Below are positions 60,284-64,000 of a stretch of DNA of 64,000 bases, in pieces; the stretch's first letter is position 1, and each line of letters begins with the position of its first letter. Position numbers and translations under genes: made by a program. The DNA is taken from the sequence record OP380604.1; one strand, given 5' to 3'. The notes beneath the pieces were generated by a model. The model was not told the DNA's origin. It ran no database searches and worked only from the letters and a program-made list of their open reading frames with translations.

Positions 60284-60311
60284 TTGACGTTTGGGATCTA
60301 CCTGATATTAT
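60284..60311 (+). promoter_or_regulatory. Early promoter
   Basis: TTGACG-N16-TATTAT. Confidence 0.75.
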
Positions 60312-60354
60312 GTCCTCATTGAAGCCAATCAACGAATTCAACTGAGGAAACATC

Positions 60355-61236
60355 ATGACTTTGAATCTGAAAGATCAAGCAATCGCAGCACTCAAAGCCC
60401 GGGTAGAAATCGAAGTTAAAAAAGCCAACGATCTGTTCGGTGTTGACCTCGTGATTGGTAAGAATCTGGCAGTAAAGTTCACTCTCCGCGCTCGTTCTGC
60501 TGGTCGAGCAATGATGCAAGGCTACAGCTTCAACCGCAAGTATGAACTGAATTTCAACGTTAACATGATGATCATGAGCGAGAAAGCTTGGTGGCATCTG
60601 CTTGACGAAACCGTAAGCCACGAAGTTGCTCACATTGTTGATTATGTACAACGCGGCAAAAGCGGACACGACGCTCGTTGGAAATACATTCACAAAATGT
60701 TGGGCGGCAGCGGTAACACTTACCACGATCTGGAAGTTCCTGTTAATCAGCACGTTTACGGTGTTGCCGGTCAAAAAGTTGTTGTTACTAAAAAAGTTCA
60801 CGATAACATCCAGAAAGGTCATGTTTATCGTACTCGGAAAGGCAATCACCCAATCAAGCCGTTCGACTATGTGGGTCCGCAAGATAAATCCATGCTGACT
60901 TATGTGCCGACTCGCAAGGGTGAAGCTACTCCTACTGTTACCGTTGTTACTCAGAAGGTAGAAGTCAAGCAAAACAAAGTCGAAATCAAAGTTCCTGCTA
61001 AAGTTGTTGGTAAGAAAGTAGCTGCCCAAGTTGTTGATACTGGCGACGGCAAAAAGCGTTATGCTGCTCCGAGTGGTGAAATTGTTCGCCATCGTCCGTC
61101 TAAACTTGCAAACACTATCTGGATGGAAGGTATTCAAGATCGCGCCAAGTTTATCGCTGAATATGAAGCGCGTGGCGGTAAAAGTGCAAGTTCCGCTTTC
61201 CATAGCACTTTCGCTTGGTACGTCGGTAAAAAATGA
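60355..61236 (+). CDS. SprT-like zinc metalloprotease with basic C-terminal extension
   Basis: AGRA, TVSHEVAHIV, GHDARWKYIHKMLG. Confidence 0.88.
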   Translation: MTLNLKDQAIAALKARVEIEVKKANDLFGVDLVIGKNLAVKFTLRARSAGRAMMQGYSFNRKYELNFNVNMMIMSEKAWWHLLDETVSHEVAHIVDYVQRGKSGHDARWKYIHKMLGGSGNTYHDLEVPVNQHVYGVAGQKVVVTKKVHDNIQKGHVYRTRKGNHPIKPFDYVGPQDKSMLTYVPTRKGEATPTVTVVTQKVEVKQNKVEIKVPAKVVGKKVAAQVVDTGDGKKRYAAPSGEIVRHRPSKLANTIWMEGIQDRAKFIAEYEARGGKSASSAFHSTFAWYVGKK

Positions 61237-61265
61237 TTGACGATATGATGGGAGTATGAAATAAT
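61237..61265 (+). promoter_or_regulatory. Early promoter with 11-bp inverted repeat across -10
   Basis: TTGACG-N17-AATAAT; GATGGGAGTAT/ATGCTCCCATC. Confidence 0.75.
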
Positions 61266-61289
61266 GCTCCCATCTTAAAGGAGATTGTT

Positions 61290-61526
61290 ATGAAGGGTCA
61301 ACGTCGAGTATTTTGTTGGAAACGAAATCACATTGATTTAACTGAACTGAGAGACGCGATACACTGGCACTTGAAAATGCAATCCAGTATCGGTTTCCGC
61401 GAAGAGGATTATTTCCTTGAGTCAGTATATAGGCATATAGTTGCCGGTGGCGAAGATGTCATGGAGTTCGCTATAGAGCGTGGCCATGAAGCTTGGTTGA
61501 AAGATTTTATGGAGTGTATGAAATGA
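61290..61526 (+). CDS. Hypothetical protein
   Basis: 78 aa, AAGGAG RBS. Confidence 0.7.
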   Translation: MKGQRRVFCWKRNHIDLTELRDAIHWHLKMQSSIGFREEDYFLESVYRHIVAGGEDVMEFAIERGHEAWLKDFMECMK

Positions 61527-62113
61527 AAATTCTTATTACTGATGTGGACAAAGCCCGCATCAATCGCGCAAAAGCTGATGCCATGAAATTGCTCGGTGTG
61601 TTTGAAGCCAAAGATCGCGTTAATGCGATGGCTATCATTGACTATATGACAAAGCAATGGACTATGGCTATCCGTCAAAGCAACACTACCGTTAATCTGC
61701 AACTAGCGGATCAACGCGGATTGTCGGATGAAACTATTCACGAAATCGCCATGCTACAAGCGTATCGCGAACGGCACCTCCAATCGATTGAGAATGATTA
61801 TCGGACACTGGAACACTATGCGCCTAGTACCGAGAAAGCTTTGATTCGAGAGTCTAACGACAAATACCTTGCGGAGAAGCTTGCTTGGATTCGTCATATT
61901 GAATTCCAATTGCAAGAGAAATGGGGATTTGAGCTTAACGCTAGCCATCATGTATACAACGTGCCACACTGCACTTGTCCGAAACATCGTGCTGGTGACC
62001 CATTCTATCGAACTGACCGCAACTGTCCGATGCACAATAGTAGAATGAACGCACTGGTAAAAACTTTTTTCGAAAAAATTGAAAAAAGCTATTGCATTCC
62101 AATGCTGGACTGA
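61523..62113 (+). CDS. Hypothetical protein with C-terminal Cys/His cluster
   Basis: HCTCPKH..NCPMH; ATG 61523. Confidence 0.75.
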   Translation: MKILITDVDKARINRAKADAMKLLGVFEAKDRVNAMAIIDYMTKQWTMAIRQSNTTVNLQLADQRGLSDETIHEIAMLQAYRERHLQSIENDYRTLEHYAPSTEKALIRESNDKYLAEKLAWIRHIEFQLQEKWGFELNASHHVYNVPHCTCPKHRAGDPFYRTDRNCPMHNSRMNALVKTFFEKIEKSYCIPMLD

Positions 62114-62119
62114 TATTAT
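62092..62119 (+). promoter_or_regulatory. Early promoter
   Basis: TTGCAT-N16-TATTAT, leader GCCACATCGAAAC. Confidence 0.75.
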
Positions 62120-62154
62120 AGCCACATCGAAACGAAACATATGAGGAATAAATC

Positions 62155-62535
62155 ATGAAAGCAGCAATCGAGCAAATGATCAAAGAAATGAACGAGTTCG
62201 GTGAACATCAATATTTTGACATCATTATTCCTGATATGCGCAAGCGTTATACGGAAGAACACGTTGCTACTTTCTTGGAGCACAACTTGAACCGCAACGT
62301 GTATAGCGTTGAGTACGGTAAAAAGAATGCTCGCGTTGTTCGATCTGACTGGAATGGTAGCTCTCGGAGTGTTGTTTGGTTCGTCGATATGACAACCGGT
62401 GATATTCTTAAAGCTAACGGCTGGAAAGCTGCTTCTAAGTATGTTCGCGGTAACGTAAGCAACTGGAAAGCTGCCATGCATCCAGCTAGTGCTCAAAGCG
62501 TATTCGGTTTTATTGCTATTCGGGACGGTCGCTAA
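62155..62535 (+). CDS. Hypothetical protein
   Basis: 126 aa; SVVWFVDMTTGDILKANGWKAA motif common in phage early proteins. Confidence 0.75.
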   Translation: MKAAIEQMIKEMNEFGEHQYFDIIIPDMRKRYTEEHVATFLEHNLNRNVYSVEYGKKNARVVRSDWNGSSRSVVWFVDMTTGDILKANGWKAASKYVRGNVSNWKAAMHPASAQSVFGFIAIRDGR

Positions 62536-62762
62536 TGAAAGCACGTATTAAAGATTTCGGTGTAGGCGTCAATGCCTACACTTCTTCCGACGAAAGTGAT
62601 GAACTGTTTGAACTCGTTGGTATTCACGGTTTGCATGTATTATTCTATCACGCGGAACAAAAGACTGTTTTTGATGTGGAAGAACTTGAAAACGGTTATA
62701 GCTTTGAGTTAAACTGTATCCTGTTTGAAGATATCCCTGCTAAATTTATCGAACTGATCTGA
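62535..62762 (+). CDS. Hypothetical protein
   Basis: 75 aa, TAATG coupling. Confidence 0.7.
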   Translation: MKARIKDFGVGVNAYTSSDESDELFELVGIHGLHVLFYHAEQKTVFDVEELENGYSFELNCILFEDIPAKFIELI

Positions 62763-62769
62763 GGTTGTT

Positions 62770-63150
62770 ATGTTTATCAAAAAAGAAGATATGAAAGCGT
62801 CCATGGCTGTTTACATGAATATGATCAAAGATGGTCATATTGAAGGCGTGAAAGTCAAAGAGATCTACACTATCCCCGTGATGATCAAGAAAACCGCGTA
62901 TGAACTGGACATGAAGATTGTTGGTGGTGTTCCATTTTGCGCTGGCGTTGTTCGAGAGATCAAAGTTCCGAATGTGAACTTCGAGCGTGAACTGATTGGC
63001 TATGACGTTGTTGTGGTAGCTAAACAGAAACCGGTAAAGCATGATTTTCGTATGACCGAAGGTTGCATTATGAAAACCTCCGATATGTTGAAAGCGTATG
63101 TATACGCGAAACAAAATATGCCGAAAAAGGTCGAAAAACACTTGCACTGA
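62770..63150 (+). CDS. Hypothetical protein
   Basis: 126 aa, GAGG RBS. Confidence 0.75.
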   Translation: MFIKKEDMKASMAVYMNMIKDGHIEGVKVKEIYTIPVMIKKTAYELDMKIVGGVPFCAGVVREIKVPNVNFERELIGYDVVVVAKQKPVKHDFRMTEGCIMKTSDMLKAYVYAKQNMPKKVEKHLH

Positions 63151-63164
63151 TTTCAATTAAACCC

Positions 63165-63185
63165 AAGGCCCTTCGGGGCCTTTTT
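63165..63185 (+). terminator. Intrinsic terminator
   Basis: AAGGCCC-TTCG-GGGCCTTTTT. Confidence 0.85.
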
Positions 63186-63199
63186 CGTATGGAGAAAAA

Positions 63200-63661
63200 A
63201 TGAAAATTAAAATTGTTAATATGTCTATGTTCAAGGCATACAAAGATCGTCCGGAAATGACTGCGAATCAGGTAATCGAGTTATATCACGCCTACGTGTG
63301 TGGAACGACTTTGGACGCAATGCTTGATGTAGACAGTGGAGACGTATCGGTATATCTAGGAAATGATTTGGTAGTCGTTCCAATGCGTTTTGTGCAAATG
63401 CCGTTTTATGTTACACCTGATAAATTCAATGACGACTTTATATCTAGCGGTTGTATTGTCAATCTAGGTAAAACGGTTAACATCGTAATGAGTTCAGATA
63501 GAACACCACAAGGTATCAAGAACACACTACAGTGGGCTAGTCCGAACTGTGATGTTACCCGAGATAGTCATATGAAAACTGATCGTGGTAACTGGTATCG
63601 AATCGAACTGAATTTTGAACGTGGTGAGATTGAGTTATCACCTACCGTACTACGTTACTAA
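63200..63661 (+). CDS. Hypothetical protein
   Basis: 153 aa, GGAG RBS. Confidence 0.75.
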   Translation: MKIKIVNMSMFKAYKDRPEMTANQVIELYHAYVCGTTLDAMLDVDSGDVSVYLGNDLVVVPMRFVQMPFYVTPDKFNDDFISSGCIVNLGKTVNIVMSSDRTPQGIKNTLQWASPNCDVTRDSHMKTDRGNWYRIELNFERGEIELSPTVLRY

Positions 63662-63795
63662 TCGAAGATTGCGGCGTTAGCCGCTAACTCGTTGAATAGT
63701 AAGAAGAAGACAATTTAGATTCTCATATAAGATATATAAGAGATTTTATTTTGTCTTTTTGTAACATCTAGCTCGCTACGCTCGCAATCTTCGAT
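63661..63795. repeat. Nested-palindrome intergenic element, copy 2
   Basis: Perfect 13-bp terminal IR ATCGAAGATTGCG/CGCAATCTTCGAT; core shared with 20792-20924. Confidence 0.8.
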
Positions 63796-63805
63796 GAAAA
63801 AAGTA

Positions 63806-63833
63806 TTGACATCTGATTTAAGAAGAGTATTAT
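63806..63833 (+). promoter_or_regulatory. Early promoter
   Basis: TTGACA-N16-TATTAT. Confidence 0.7.
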
Positions 63834-63858
63834 GGCGTTATCAACTTGAGGACACACT

Positions 63859-64000
63859 ATGAACTACCTGAAACGTCTTATGAATCGTATGAAGTACAAG
63901 CCGATGATCAAAATCAATGCTTATGCTATGCAGATCCATACCGCTTCTGGTGCTTCTGTGTGTACTCCTGACGGTATTGCTATTAAGAAAAAAAAAAAAA
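63859..64000 (+). CDS. Hypothetical protein, 3' truncated
   Basis: GAGG RBS, open to window end. Confidence 0.55.
   Translation, partial: MNYLKRLMNRMKYKPMIKINAYAMQIHTASGASVCTPDGIAIKKKKK

Noticed and set aside
7500-63850. CRISPR array or DGR suggested by recurring CCACATCGAAAC and GCCACCTTCGGGTGGC motifs
   Set aside because: Copies are dispersed promoter leaders and terminators, not regularly spaced repeats; no cas or reverse transcriptase gene in the window.
63988-64000. 13-nt poly-A run at window end
   Set aside because: Touches the window edge, so it may be padding or an assembly artefact; cannot be interpreted.

Overview
Accessory (hypervariable) arm of a large lytic T4-type myovirus genome, most likely infecting a gammaproteobacterium (inference from T4-like promoters, cUUCGg terminators, tk and capsid-targeting-type N-termini; no core structural or replication genes are in the window). 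Everything supportable lies on the + strand. 1-6.9 kb is an array of 20 tRNA genes interleaved with non-canonical tRNA-like RNAs, other structured intergenic segments, micro-ORFs and a free-standing endonuclease. The remainder is about 125 mostly small genes in units opened by sigma70/T4-early-like promoters. Recognisable genes: tk, DUF2828 (TROVE-like)-vWA, CreA, DUF3307, LPD11, ADP-ribosylglycohydrolase next to a 1212-aa protein with a PARP-type (H-Y-E) ADP-ribosyltransferase domain, RlaP-like nucleotidyltransferase, an outer-membrane beta-barrel, Nampt, UvsE, a SpoT-like HD hydrolase, two paralogous amino-MTases (one split, one fused), a TAGT/GREB1-like glycosyltransferase, a HAD phosphatase, a hexapeptide-repeat protein, SPFH and SprT. 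Most striking unexplained signals: (1) three tandem tRNA-scaffolded RNAs at 13.7-14.1 kb whose anticodon loop is replaced by a covarying UCUGAU hairpin insert, plus further tRNA mimics, in a genome carrying a Ro/TROVE-like protein; (2) covarying inverted repeats that place the -10 box of many early promoters in a hairpin; (3) a small ORF ending in a copy of the gp23 Gol-peptide segment; (4) two copies of a ~135-bp nested-palindrome element. All family calls are from motif recognition by eye; no searches were run.
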